64,000 nucleotides of DNA from Candidatus Palauibacter sp. GTDB lineage: Bacteria > Gemmatimonadota > Gemmatimonadetes > Palauibacterales > Palauibacteraceae. Position numbers and translations under genes: made by a program. Positions 21,660-32,200 of this stretch are shown here, in pieces (the stretch's first letter is position 1; the number at the start of each line of letters is the position of its first letter). The notes under the pieces were generated by a model. The model was not told where the DNA came from, did not search any database, and saw only the letters and a list, made by a program, of their open reading frames with translations. The stretch spans positions 1,013,411 to 1,077,410 of the forward strand of contig NZ_OZ244149.1 in the NCBI RefSeq assembly GCF_965216145.1. The letters are read 5' to 3'.

Positions 21660-21684
21660 ACGCGCCGCGCCGTGTCCTTAGGAT
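21656..21684 (+). promoter_or_regulatory. Sigma70-like promoter of tRNA-Ile
   Basis: TTGAAC-17 nt-TAGGAT, about 60 nt upstream of the tRNA. Confidence 0.6.
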
Positions 21685-21746
21685 GAACCCCGCCCGGCGC
21701 CCGACCCTCCGTCACGAACGGAACGGTCGCGCGCCGGTCTTCTTCG

Positions 21747-21821
<75 letters not shown>

Positions 21822-21970
21822 CTCAAGTTCCCACCGAATCCAAGCTTCGCCCCAGCCCCGATCTCGAGCGACCTCACGGACGATCGAGTCGCCCCAGGTG
21901 GTTCAACCGAGCGCCCGTCTCGGGCGCGAGCTCGGTGAAGCAGCGGCCTCGGCAGAGGACGGTGCTTCAC

Positions 21971-21989
21971 CAACTCTACCCGGGCCCAC
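21971..21989 (+). repeat. Duplicate of the tRNA-Ile 3' end (att-like site)
   Basis: CAACTCTACCCGGGCCCAC versus CAAATCTACCCGGGCCCAC at 21804-21822 (18/19 identical). Confidence 0.75.
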
Positions 21990-22228
21990 GCTCCCCGGTC
22001 ACCGGTGTCCGCCTCTTGGCAGCCGCGTCTCTTGTTGGGTGTTTCGGACCTAGCTAGATCACGCCCGAAACTGGGCTTTCGAGCGCAGTTCAGTTAAGCT
22101 GTGTACGCACCGGTAGGCAGCGTCGGCGATCTGTGTCTCGCGTCGGAACCCATGGCGGTTGGAGGTCGCGCTAACCTGCCCGTAAACGGCAACGGTACTG
22201 CGGGTTGCGACGTAACAGGAGAGATTTC

Positions 22229-23581
22229 GTGCAAGAAGATGTGTTGCTGCGGTTCCTGGGCAGAGGACTGATCGATGTAGGCGGGGATGACGACAAGCTC
22301 GGGCATTTGAGGCAAACAGCGGTCGATCTATCCGAAGTTCTCAGAGAGACGCCGGCGAAAGCTACTCCGTTCGCGCTTGTGGCCTTCGATCCTGATGTCC
22401 CAAACACCGATCCGACCATCATACAAGTGAAGGACACGCTCCGGAGCCGTTGGGAGACCTACGTCAACACATTCTCCGGCACGCCAGTGACCGTGTTGCG
22501 AGCGATCCTGCTGGAAGCGTTGGTCAGAGCCTGTGAGCAAGATGATGTGGTGGCGGTTGCGTTTGTTGCTACGGCCCGCAACGTGCTTCCGTTCACGGAG
22601 GCTGACGGAGAACAGGAAATATGGACTGAGACCCTCCTCGAAATCGAACGGAGGGTTGAGGAGCGTGCCCAGCGGGAGTGGGCGACTCCTGCTTCGATTT
22701 CCATCCCCGACCACGAGTTCGATCCACCTTCTGCGGTTGAAATTCGTATTCGATCGAAGAAGACAAGCGACACCACCCTCCGGCCGAAGTTCGAAGCCGC
22801 TGCCGGGCCTCACTCAACTGATCCAAACGGATCGCAAACAGATACCAGTGGAAACCCTCACTGGCCGAACAACAATGGGGACTGGGTCCACGAATTCGGA
22901 ACGCGAACGGCTCAAGCCGTTGCGGAAGCAATCAACCGTGCAATAGGAGGCCTGTCCGTCGAGGGTGGCGACCTGCCCGGTATCGCCCGAGAGATGATGG
23001 CGGTGATGTCTGAGCATCTGACCGCTACTCTGCGTGCTGTCAGCGACGCCAGTGCCGGGCTTCAAAGGCGCACTACTCTGCTCTGGTGGAAGGAGGCACT
23101 GTTCTCCACGAGCGCTGGCGTGAGCTATCGCGAAATGTCGACATCCGACGCGGCAGCGCTGATGGCTTTCGACATGTACCGACACATCCCCACGTTCTCA
23201 CCCGCGAGCGTGGCCGCTTTCCTGCGGGAGACGGTCATCGCCCTGCCAACGATGGACCAGGAACAGGAGATACCGATCCGCGAACTCGTTGAGATGACCT
23301 ACGATGCCGGGGTCTTGGACGAGCTGAGAACTGAAGCGAGCAGACTCGTCGCCGCCCCGGAGGGTCGCGGCTCAATTCTCGGTTTGATCGGCCACCCTGA
23401 AGCTGTGGCGCAGATCAACCACGGGAGGTTCCGAAACCTCGTCGGGGTCCAGTCGGACACCATGCTCACCTTGCCGCATTGGTCAGTTTGGATCCTGCGC
23501 GAACTGCAAGCTGCCCGGGCCATTGCAGAGTCCTCCGCCCCAAAACGCCGGACTTCTAACGACCAGACATCGAGCGAGTAG
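22229..23581 (+). CDS. GTPase-associated system all-helical (GASH-like) protein
   Basis: All-helical 450 aa protein with RRTTLLWWKEALFS directly upstream of two GTPases; GTG start after AGGAGA. Confidence 0.75.
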   Translation: MQEDVLLRFLGRGLIDVGGDDDKLGHLRQTAVDLSEVLRETPAKATPFALVAFDPDVPNTDPTIIQVKDTLRSRWETYVNTFSGTPVTVLRAILLEALVRACEQDDVVAVAFVATARNVLPFTEADGEQEIWTETLLEIERRVEERAQREWATPASISIPDHEFDPPSAVEIRIRSKKTSDTTLRPKFEAAAGPHSTDPNGSQTDTSGNPHWPNNNGDWVHEFGTRTAQAVAEAINRAIGGLSVEGGDLPGIAREMMAVMSEHLTATLRAVSDASAGLQRRTTLLWWKEALFSTSAGVSYREMSTSDAAALMAFDMYRHIPTFSPASVAAFLRETVIALPTMDQEQEIPIRELVEMTYDAGVLDELRTEASRLVAAPEGRGSILGLIGHPEAVAQINHGRFRNLVGVQSDTMLTLPHWSVWILRELQAARAIAESSAPKRRTSNDQTSSE

Positions 23582-24538
23582 ATGTCATTGCGAGCATGCC
23601 CGACGGAGACGTGCTTCTGGCCCGATACGGCATGCAATCAGGGCCACCTCGACCATTCGGCATGCCCGGTGCTGACAGCGGATTCCACAGCGAAGGAGGA
23701 CGACCGACCGCCGCCGGAAGCGGTGGCCATGCCCTGGTCGGGAGGCGTTCTCGGGCTTGCGGACCTTGGTTTTGTCGCAGGTCGCAAGAAGCCGACGGTG
23801 CTCGCCATCATGGGACCTCAGAACGCGGGCAAGACGACGCTTCTAGGCGCTTGGTACCTGTTGCTCGGACGTGGTGCCATACCGGATGACCTGCGGTTCT
23901 CCGGCTCCTGTTCACTTGCCGGATGGGAAGCTGTGGCAAGCTCTCTGCGGTGGGAACCGGGTTCGATACGGCCGAGCTTCCCGCCGCACACGTCCAGCCG
24001 CAGTACACGAGTGCCGGGGTTGCTTCACCTAGCCTTCAAGCGGGGAGTGGACCATCGCAGGGACTACGTGATGACCGATGCGCCCGGCGAATGGTTTCGC
24101 AATTGGGCGGTCAATCGCGATGCGCCTGCTGCCGAAGGTGCCAGATGGGCTGCCGAACATGCCGATGTCTTTCTTCTGGTCGCAGACCGCGAAGCCTTGG
24201 CTGGGCCCGAGAAGGGTGCAGCACGCACCGATATTCAACTCCTCGCCCGCCGCTTGGCGGACGATCTGCGAGGACGACCCGTCGCCCTCGTCTGGACCAA
24301 GGCAGACACACCGATCCCAGAAGATACGGAAGAGGCGGTCCGAAGCGCCGTTCTCCGGGCGGTTCCGCGTGCCACAGAGTTCGCCGTCAGCATCATGTCG
24401 GAGTCAGATGGAACGGGAACTGGGCAGGGGCTCGTGGACCTTCTCCGCTGGGTTCTGTACGCTAGGCGACCGGCTCTCCGACTTCCGGAACCGGCAGGCG
24501 ATAACCTCGATCCCCTCTTCATCTTCGGCGTGAGATAG
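23582..24538 (+). CDS. TRAFAC-class GTPase 1 with Cys-rich N-terminus
   Basis: G1 GPQNAGKTT, G3 DAPGE, G4 TKAD; N-terminal CPTETC..C....H....C. Confidence 0.85.
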   Translation: MSLRACPTETCFWPDTACNQGHLDHSACPVLTADSTAKEDDRPPPEAVAMPWSGGVLGLADLGFVAGRKKPTVLAIMGPQNAGKTTLLGAWYLLLGRGAIPDDLRFSGSCSLAGWEAVASSLRWEPGSIRPSFPPHTSSRSTRVPGLLHLAFKRGVDHRRDYVMTDAPGEWFRNWAVNRDAPAAEGARWAAEHADVFLLVADREALAGPEKGAARTDIQLLARRLADDLRGRPVALVWTKADTPIPEDTEEAVRSAVLRAVPRATEFAVSIMSESDGTGTGQGLVDLLRWVLYARRPALRLPEPAGDNLDPLFIFGVR

Positions 24539-24542
24539 GGCA

Positions 24543-25376
24543 ATGGTACCCCCCGACAAATCCATTCTGCTGATCGGCGAATCTGACGTCGGCAAGTCCC
24601 ACTACGGCGGTCAGCTATTGAAGCGGCTTATGCAAGAAGACGGGCAACTCCGTATGGATGGAGCAGCCACCAATCTTGAGCCCTTCCAAGCAGTGATGGC
24701 CTGTCTAGATGCGGGTCGTTCGGCTGATCATACGCCCACTACGGCCTACCACGAAAGCCGCTGGCCGATCGTCGATAACGAGGAACAAGAGGCGGATCTG
24801 ATCTGGCCCGATTATGGCGGCGAACAGATCAAGAACATCATCGACGACAGACAGCTTCCCCAAGTCTGGTTGCACCGTATTACCCAGTCCTCGGCATGGC
24901 TTATGTTGATTCGTTTACAAAAGATCCGAACGGACGATGACGTCTTCTCCCGTCCTCTCACATCTTTGAAGGGAAGAGTTACAAAATCCTGGGACTCTGG
25001 CTTGTCGGATCAAGCTCGCTTAATTGAGCTCATGCAAGTGCTGATCTATATTTGGTCGACAGCGAATGAGCGTTCCGGCGGATTTCCTCCACTGGTTGTG
25101 CTCCTGACGTGCTGGGATGAGATGGACAGCCCGGGGAAACCCATCGACGAGTTGTGCAGTCGCCTACCAATGTTCGCCGACTTCGTCGCCAGCAACTGGG
25201 AAGAATCTTCGGTTCTCGGACTTTCTGCGCTTGGGCAAGCGCTCGACAAGAACACACCTAACAAGGATTACATCGCAAAAGGTTCTGAGCAATTTGGCTA
25301 TGTGGTTCTGGAGGACGGTAGGCACTCCCCCGATTTGACGTATCCGATTCGCAGACTAATCGCTGGCCCTCCGTGA
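24543..25376 (+). CDS. TRAFAC-class GTPase 2
   Basis: G1 GESDVGKSH, G3 DYGGE, G4-like TCWD, G5-like SAL. Confidence 0.82.
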   Translation: MVPPDKSILLIGESDVGKSHYGGQLLKRLMQEDGQLRMDGAATNLEPFQAVMACLDAGRSADHTPTTAYHESRWPIVDNEEQEADLIWPDYGGEQIKNIIDDRQLPQVWLHRITQSSAWLMLIRLQKIRTDDDVFSRPLTSLKGRVTKSWDSGLSDQARLIELMQVLIYIWSTANERSGGFPPLVVLLTCWDEMDSPGKPIDELCSRLPMFADFVASNWEESSVLGLSALGQALDKNTPNKDYIAKGSEQFGYVVLEDGRHSPDLTYPIRRLIAGPP

Positions 25377-25396
25377 CGGGGGGCGGCTAGCGAGCG

Positions 25397-27880
25397 ATGC
25401 GAATCGAGCAAGCCTTATACGGCGAACATCGCCGCGGACACTCGCTGCTGGCGTCGAGCGGAGACGACGAGGTATCGGCCGCGATCGTCCCCCGCCTCGA
25501 TCTACCAGACGCGGCACCGCAGGGTGCCGAGTGGTCCCCGTTCCTCGGGGGCTTCCCTTACCAAGGCCGATATGTGCTTTCGCGGACGTTTCGCGACACT
25601 GGTGCGTCACGAAGCGGAATGGTCTTTTCTCACGCGCTCCTCGCTTGCCTGGATGAGATCGTTGAAACTTCGGACTTGAGACCTCTTTTGAAGCTGTTCG
25701 CTACCTCGGACCGGCAACGCCCCGATGTCGCAGCGGTTGAACTCGCCCCTACCCTAACGCCGCCTCCGCATTCCGACGAGTTGATAAGTGCAGCCGAGGC
25801 TCTTGTAATGAACGGAGGATTGCCGGCCGTGCGGCTCGGCCACATCGGATTCGACGATCTTGTGGTCGCATTGTGGGCGCGTCTGTTGCCCGAGTTCCGC
25901 AGAGGCTTCGCATTCCGCTTGAGCTTCGACCCGCGCGATCTCGTCGAGACCCCTAGACCGGCGCTGGTATGCACGCCAAGCGCGCTGGCGGCGCGGTGGT
26001 CCGACCACCCGATTGTTCAGTCGGCTGCGCCTCGCGAACCAGCCTCGCTCGCCGCGGCGATCCTAAGCGGTCATGAGAAGGCGACCCCGCTTCTTGAATT
26101 CATGCAGGAAATCGGATCGCATCCGACGACGTTTCGTGACCTACGTTGGGCCGAACAAGCTTACGCACTCAACATTGGCGAGTCGACGGTGGAGCGACGG
26201 GTCGGGGCCTTGAGACTCATCGAAGAGTTGTCGCCACATCCGGATGCCGGCGAAGACAGAAAGAATGTTCTTGTCCGAGAGCTGTGCGAGCTTGTGCCAG
26301 CAGCCAGACCCCAAGGCATCCTTCTGTTGCGGAACTTGCAGCTCTCCGCAGTCTCCACGCCGACCTCAGTTTGGAAGGCGATCGAGACGTGGGCGGCCAA
26401 GAACGGCTATCGTCAAGATCAGGATGTGGAAATGCTCTCCGTCCTGGAGGACGCGACGAACAGTACTGCTGCCGTGGAGGAATGGCGGAGCGCGGTTCTG
26501 AACGGCTTCGCGAGTGCGGCTCGCGCGCGCAAGTCTGGCTTCTTCGCCGCCTTCTGGCGGTGGCTTCAGATCCGCCCCGATATCGTGGGTACCTTGTTCC
26601 AATATGTACCCGCCGCGCCCAGGGTTGAAGAACAACTCGTGGGCACGGTGCCGCCCAAGCTCCACGAAACAGCCGCCATCACCCTCCTTGCACACGCTCG
26701 GTCCCGTGGATGGTTCCGCCTGCACGGCACCGTCTTGTCAGCCAGTTGCTCTCCTTTCGATGCCGCGCGCCAGCAAGCTGCCGTCGATACCGATCCATCA
26801 GTCCTCGCAGGTCTACGGTCGGCTCTACGCAATGCCCATGCAGCGGAAGTCGTCGAGTGCGGGCTCGAGATCGACGACCCCCGTATGCGGCAGCTTGCCG
26901 GAGAAGCGGTCGCCAAGAGGCCCACGTTATTGGTCGACGTGGACATTTCATGCCCCAAGGCACAGGCGGTGTGGCGTGAAGCTCTTGCCATCGACCCTAA
27001 GTCTTGGCAAGGACCCGCCGATCCAGAGGCCGCGTTTCATCTGATACTCGACCGCATGCTGGACGGGGACGAAGCAGATACATCGCTCATCGCGCTACTG
27101 TCGAACACTCCGCTCGGCGACCTTGGGATCTATCCCCGCAGGCCGGAGGTATGGTCGCGCATTAGTGGAGTCCCGTTCAACAATCTTGTCGCCGCGACCA
27201 CGAGCGGGTGGCTCCGGGAGGCGTCCAGAACCGGCGCGCCGTTTGTCCCTGAAGGTACGATACAATCTGCGATCCTTGAGAGCGACAGCTTCGATCCAAC
27301 CGTGGATGCGCTGATCCCTGATCGCATTGGCGCGATCGTCGGAATTGTCACTGCGCTTTATGGGTACGACGAGCACCGATTCCTCGGATTGATCGGCAAC
27401 GTGATGCAGCGCACAAGAGCCCTGACGGCCTCCGATGCCGAAGCAATCGGCCGGCTAATACTAGAACGTGAATGGCGGCAAGCGGCGGCAGATATGGCCG
27501 AGCGATATAGATCCGGCCGACAAGACCTAAGACCCACGCTCCGCGCGTGTTATGACATAGTCGGTTTTTGGAACCGACTTGCCCTCGGTTTGACACCAGT
27601 CTCGGATTCGGAGAAATGGCAGGCCCTAGAGTCATTGGCTGCCACCCTCTACCCTAGCGGTCCGGACCATCACGGATTGTGGGAGCGTGCAGGCGGGAAC
27701 GACGCTGATCTCCCGTCGGCCCTCTCCGGGCGGATGCGATGGAGGCAAGGAATGCGGGACATGCAGAATGGGAAGCAGCCCACCCCTTCCGCTCTCTTGG
27801 CTGAAATGAGGGAGGATTTTCCCAACAACCAGCAGCTCCTCCATCTGGCCAGAAATTCTCTCTTCCGTGGGAAGGCCTAA
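25397..27880 (+). CDS. GAP1-N1-like protein with C-terminal effector-associated domain (EAD1-like)
   Basis: N-terminal EQALYG..GHSLLASS...RSGMVFSHAL; the C-terminal LYPSGP..LWERAGG domain is shared with the next gene. Confidence 0.75.
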   Translation: MRIEQALYGEHRRGHSLLASSGDDEVSAAIVPRLDLPDAAPQGAEWSPFLGGFPYQGRYVLSRTFRDTGASRSGMVFSHALLACLDEIVETSDLRPLLKLFATSDRQRPDVAAVELAPTLTPPPHSDELISAAEALVMNGGLPAVRLGHIGFDDLVVALWARLLPEFRRGFAFRLSFDPRDLVETPRPALVCTPSALAARWSDHPIVQSAAPREPASLAAAILSGHEKATPLLEFMQEIGSHPTTFRDLRWAEQAYALNIGESTVERRVGALRLIEELSPHPDAGEDRKNVLVRELCELVPAARPQGILLLRNLQLSAVSTPTSVWKAIETWAAKNGYRQDQDVEMLSVLEDATNSTAAVEEWRSAVLNGFASAARARKSGFFAAFWRWLQIRPDIVGTLFQYVPAAPRVEEQLVGTVPPKLHETAAITLLAHARSRGWFRLHGTVLSASCSPFDAARQQAAVDTDPSVLAGLRSALRNAHAAEVVECGLEIDDPRMRQLAGEAVAKRPTLLVDVDISCPKAQAVWREALAIDPKSWQGPADPEAAFHLILDRMLDGDEADTSLIALLSNTPLGDLGIYPRRPEVWSRISGVPFNNLVAATTSGWLREASRTGAPFVPEGTIQSAILESDSFDPTVDALIPDRIGAIVGIVTALYGYDEHRFLGLIGNVMQRTRALTASDAEAIGRLILEREWRQAAADMAERYRSGRQDLRPTLRACYDIVGFWNRLALGLTPVSDSEKWQALESLAATLYPSGPDHHGLWERAGGNDADLPSALSGRMRWRQGMRDMQNGKQPTPSALLAEMREDFPNNQQLLHLARNSLFRGKA

Positions 27881-27927
27881 CTGGATCTCACAGTGAATGA
27901 CCTATACAAACCTGGAAGGAAAAGGGC

Positions 27928-29037
27928 ATGAAGGACATTTCTTCCACGCTGCTAACGGCAGAGAGAGGTTTCACAGCGGGACATGCCGTTGTCATCGGAG
28001 TTGCGCGTTACAAGAACGCGTATCCATTACCAGATGCGGTTACGAATGACGCCCGCGATGTCGCAGAGATTCTGACATCCGATGCCTACTGCGGATATCG
28101 GGCAAATAACGTACACTTGCTTCTCGACGGGGACGCAACGCTAGCGCGCATCAGGACTGCACTGGATTCCGTAGCTAAGGCTAGTGGACCGAATGACTCC
28201 GTAGTCATCTTTTTCTCTGGTCACGGCACACGCCTTGGGGATCCTGCCGACCCTCAAAGCGCCTTGTTGCCAGTGGAATTCGACATGCGAGCGCCAGATA
28301 CGACGAGCCTGTCAGAAACAGAGTTCTCTTTGGCGCTTCGGCGAATCTCGGCGGAACGTCTACTCGTCCTGATAGATGCGTGCAATTCCGGAGGTGCGGG
28401 CAGGCTCAAGGATAGTGAACGAACGGAATCATTGGTGGTTGGCTACAGCGAGAAATCACTGATCCGGCTGGCGGAGGGCACCGGTCGAGTTTTATTTGCG
28501 TCATGCCGAGCGGACGAAGTCTCCCACGTATTCGATAGCGCTCGAAACAGCGTGTTTACGTCTAAACTCCTTGAGGCGTTGCGCGGCGAGGGACGGACGA
28601 GCGGGGACGGTGTGATTCGGGTCTTTGAGATATTCAACCACGTCGCCGAGATGGTGAAACGCGCTTTGCCGGGACGCCAGCATCCGATTTTTAAGGCAAG
28701 TGGCTTGGAAGATAATTTCCCTGTTGCACTCGACAGAGGTGGAATCAAAGCGATCTCGACCGACGCAACGTCGAGTGCTGTGCTTGGAATCTGGGAGCAA
28801 CTCGAACGTCTGATGCCGGATCTTTATCCATCGGGACCGATGGATCAGGAGGTTTGGGCACGAGCAGGCGGCGATCCGTCTCGTTTGCACCTGAGCGACA
28901 CGGGGCGGGCGGTCTGGTTCAAGGCTTTACGCACACTCCGTCGCGGCGGTGGCGGCGCAAGCATTTCCAGAGAGAGCTTAGTCAGAACGGCACTTCAGGA
29001 CTACCCCCACCATCCGGCTTTGGCAGCACTGGTGTAG
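27928..29037 (+). CDS. Caspase-family (C14) peptidase with C-terminal EAD1-like domain
   Basis: HAVVIGV, catalytic His in FSGHG, catalytic Cys in IDACNSG, SVFTSKLLEAL, QHP; C-terminal LYPSGP..WARAGG. Confidence 0.9.
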   Translation: MKDISSTLLTAERGFTAGHAVVIGVARYKNAYPLPDAVTNDARDVAEILTSDAYCGYRANNVHLLLDGDATLARIRTALDSVAKASGPNDSVVIFFSGHGTRLGDPADPQSALLPVEFDMRAPDTTSLSETEFSLALRRISAERLLVLIDACNSGGAGRLKDSERTESLVVGYSEKSLIRLAEGTGRVLFASCRADEVSHVFDSARNSVFTSKLLEALRGEGRTSGDGVIRVFEIFNHVAEMVKRALPGRQHPIFKASGLEDNFPVALDRGGIKAISTDATSSAVLGIWEQLERLMPDLYPSGPMDQEVWARAGGDPSRLHLSDTGRAVWFKALRTLRRGGGGASISRESLVRTALQDYPHHPALAALV

Positions 29038-29293
29038 TGTGAATTGTGGTCATTCAGCCGTTCCATCGAGTGCGCCGACAACCTTCACGTGTGTCCTTCG
29101 GGTCCTTCCGCTAATCCGTGGAACACGGAGTGATTGAGACGGTACTCCGCACAGCTGAGATCGGGAACGCGCATCATGATCTCGACGCCATCGGTTCCGG
29201 GGAACATTCTGACAGGAAGCACGGGGCTGTCGTGCAGTTCTGCTGTGAGCGTGGACGATTCTTTTGCCGTGGATCACGGTGCCCTAAGATCGG

Positions 29294-32200
29294 CTAAGCA
29301 ACCAGTCCTGAATTGACCTGCCGGAGCACCTCGAAAACACCCTCGATTACCTCCACGTTGCCGTCAAAGAGCGCGTCCGGCCCCTCCGCGTGCAGGTTGC
29401 TGAACGGTGGCTCGTAGAGCGCCGAGGCTTCGATGACCCCTCGGGCGCTGAGCTGGTCAATCACCATTTCGATAAAGCGGATCTGGGAAGATGTGAGGCT
29501 CCGGTCGGCCAGAAAACCCGAGAAGGCGGCCTGCGCGGCCGTTCGATCCAACCCCACCAAACTCCTTACGAAATGAGCGAGCGATGGCGACTCGCTGCGC
29601 GCAAGAAGCCCGGAAAACAGCGTTTCCCCATCCTCTTCGCCGATCTCGACCAAGGTTGATTCCAGCCCTTTCAGGTCGGCATCCGTGAGCGGTTGGTTGG
29701 TTCTCAGCCGGCGGATGACCAAATGATCGAGATGATTGCGGAGGTATTCCTCGACCTTCTTCTCGTACTGAGCCCCGGTCATCTTCGGCATGTAGAACGC
29801 CCGCTTTTCTCGGACCTCCACAACCTCGTCCTGGAAGTCCGTGTAGACGATCTTGCGCTTCTTCTTGTCGAGGAAGGGGACAATCCCCCGCAGCCGTAGC
29901 CGCAGGTCCTCGATGCCACCGAGAACGATGCCTTCCCAGAAATCGGTGTCCTGTACGGCAGCCAGATAGCCGAGCTGAGTCTTCACCGCGGGAATCGTGC
30001 TCTTCTCTTCGAGCAGCATGGCGATCTCGACGACCCGTCGCCGATGACTCTCGAAGACGGTCTCGTTGCCCTCGGCCAGGGCAAGCTGCATACGAAGCGC
30101 GGTGAGATCGAACATCCGTGACTCGATGTCGTCCGTCTCGATCTCGTTCGGAAGTCCAGCGATCTCCAGCTCCAGTGTCTGAGCGTCGGAGTCGCTGAGT
30201 CGCTCCCACGCCTTCCGGTCACGGAAGTGGTTCACCGCCTCAAGGTGCATCCTCACGATGAAGTTCTCGCGGTTCATCGCGGCCACTTGGCCGTGAAGTT
30301 CATCGGTCAGCGAGCCCGCGATCTTCATGTCCGGGTCGAGGGCAGGCGTCGTTTGGACATGGGACAGGAGCTGGACGCGAGAGCGGAAGAGCCGGGTGCC
30401 GAGCGGCACTCCGGCACCCGCCTCGATCCCATCCGGGTTCTCGCGGAAGAAGTCGAAGTTGAAACAGAAATCGAATACGCGAAAATCCTGCTTGTCCTCA
30501 TCCGGTCCGAAGAAGTCGGGGCAGAGCCGCGTTCCACGTCCGATCATCTGCCAGAACTTGATCTTCGAGTAGACCGGCTTGAAGAAGACCAGGTTCGCCA
30601 CCTCGGGCACGTCGATACCGGTGTCGAGCATGTCCACCGAGATTGCGAGATGCGGAGCCTTGTTCTTCTGCGAGAAGTCGTCGATAAGGCTCTGCGCGTA
30701 CTTCGCGTAATGGTCGATGACGCGGGCGAAGTGTCCCGCGTGCTGCGGGTAGTGCCGGTCGAACCGTTTCTCGACGAACTCTGCGTGTTCGTGATTGCGA
30801 GCGAACAGGATGGTCTTGGCCAGCCGGTCACCGCCATCGACCTTGTGGCCATGCTGCATTAGGTGCCGTAGCGCCTTGTCCACCGTGTCCTCGTTGAAGA
30901 GCCAGTTGTTGATCGCGGACGCGTTGACCCTGTCCGGAAGAGCGTCGGGGTCCACGTCATCGCCCCAGTCGAGGCTCTCCCACTGCTCTTTCTCCTCCTC
31001 GCTCAGGGCGTCGTAGTCGATGCCCTCACGTGGAAACCTCAGATCCACCTGCTGTACGCGCGGCGGCACGAGGAAGCCATCCGCCACAGCAGTCTCCAGT
31101 TCATAGGCGTCCGTGGGAACGCCCGGCTCCAGATCGAAGAGTGCGTAGGTGTTCCGATCCACCTGCTCTCGTGGTGTCGCGGTCAGCCCGACGAGCAGCG
31201 AGTCGAAGTAGCGAAAGATCGCTCCGTATTTCTGGTAGACCGAGCGGTGCGCCTCATCGATGATTACGAGGTCGAAATGCCCGACGCTGAACCGGGCCTC
31301 GTTGCCCTCCGCTTCGTCGATCAGTCCCATCATCGTCGGATACGTGGAGACGTAGACCCGACCGACCCTGTCCTTCTCGGTCACCAGGTTCACCGGGCTC
31401 GATTCCGGCAGATGCGCTTTGAACGCGCTTACCGACTGGTTCACCAGCGACACCCGGTCGGCCAGGAACAGCGTTCGCTTCACCCACCCCGCCCGCTGCA
31501 AGAGATCCACCAGCGCGATCGCCGTCCGGGTCTTGCCGCTGCCGGTGGCCATCACCAGGAGCGCCTTGCGCCGCGCATTTGCGAACTGCTCCGCGATGCT
31601 GCCGATCGCCCGCTTCTGGTAATAGCGATCTACTATCCGGCCCCTTACCTGCGCCACGTCCAATGCCTCTCGCTGGGCTCGGCGCACGATCAGAGATGCC
31701 AGTTCGTCCTTCTTGTAGAACCCGGCGACGGTGCGTGGTGGATAGAACAGGTCGTCCCAGAGGCGGGTCTTGTAGCCGTTGGTGTAGAAGATAACCGGCC
31801 GTTGCCCGTGCATTGCCTCCAGGCAGTCTGCGTAGAGCTTCGCCTGTTGCTGCCCCTCCTCCGGATCCACCGTAGTCTTCTTCGCCTCGACCACGGCTAG
31901 TGGCTTGCCATCGTCTCCCCACAGGACGTAGTCCGCGTAGCCGATCCGCGACTCGTTCGGCATCCCAGTGACTTCGTACTCGCGGTCGTGTTTCGAGTCG
32001 AGCCGCCAGCCCGCCCGGTGGAGCGCTAAGTCGATCAGCAGGCGCCGGGTCTTCTCCTCGTTCCAGTCATGGGTCTCGGGGACGGCCTCGTTTTCCGCCT
32101 TGATAGCCGCGAGCCGTTCGCGCAAGACTTCCACCTCACCTTCCAGGTCCGCACGTGCGTCCTCGGCCACGTCTCGCTGTGCCGTGACGGCCTCCAGTTC

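Noticed and set aside
29050-29293. Small ORFs between the caspase and hsdR as a caspase substrate
   Set aside because: No RBS, motif or consistent frame recognisable; cannot be supported.
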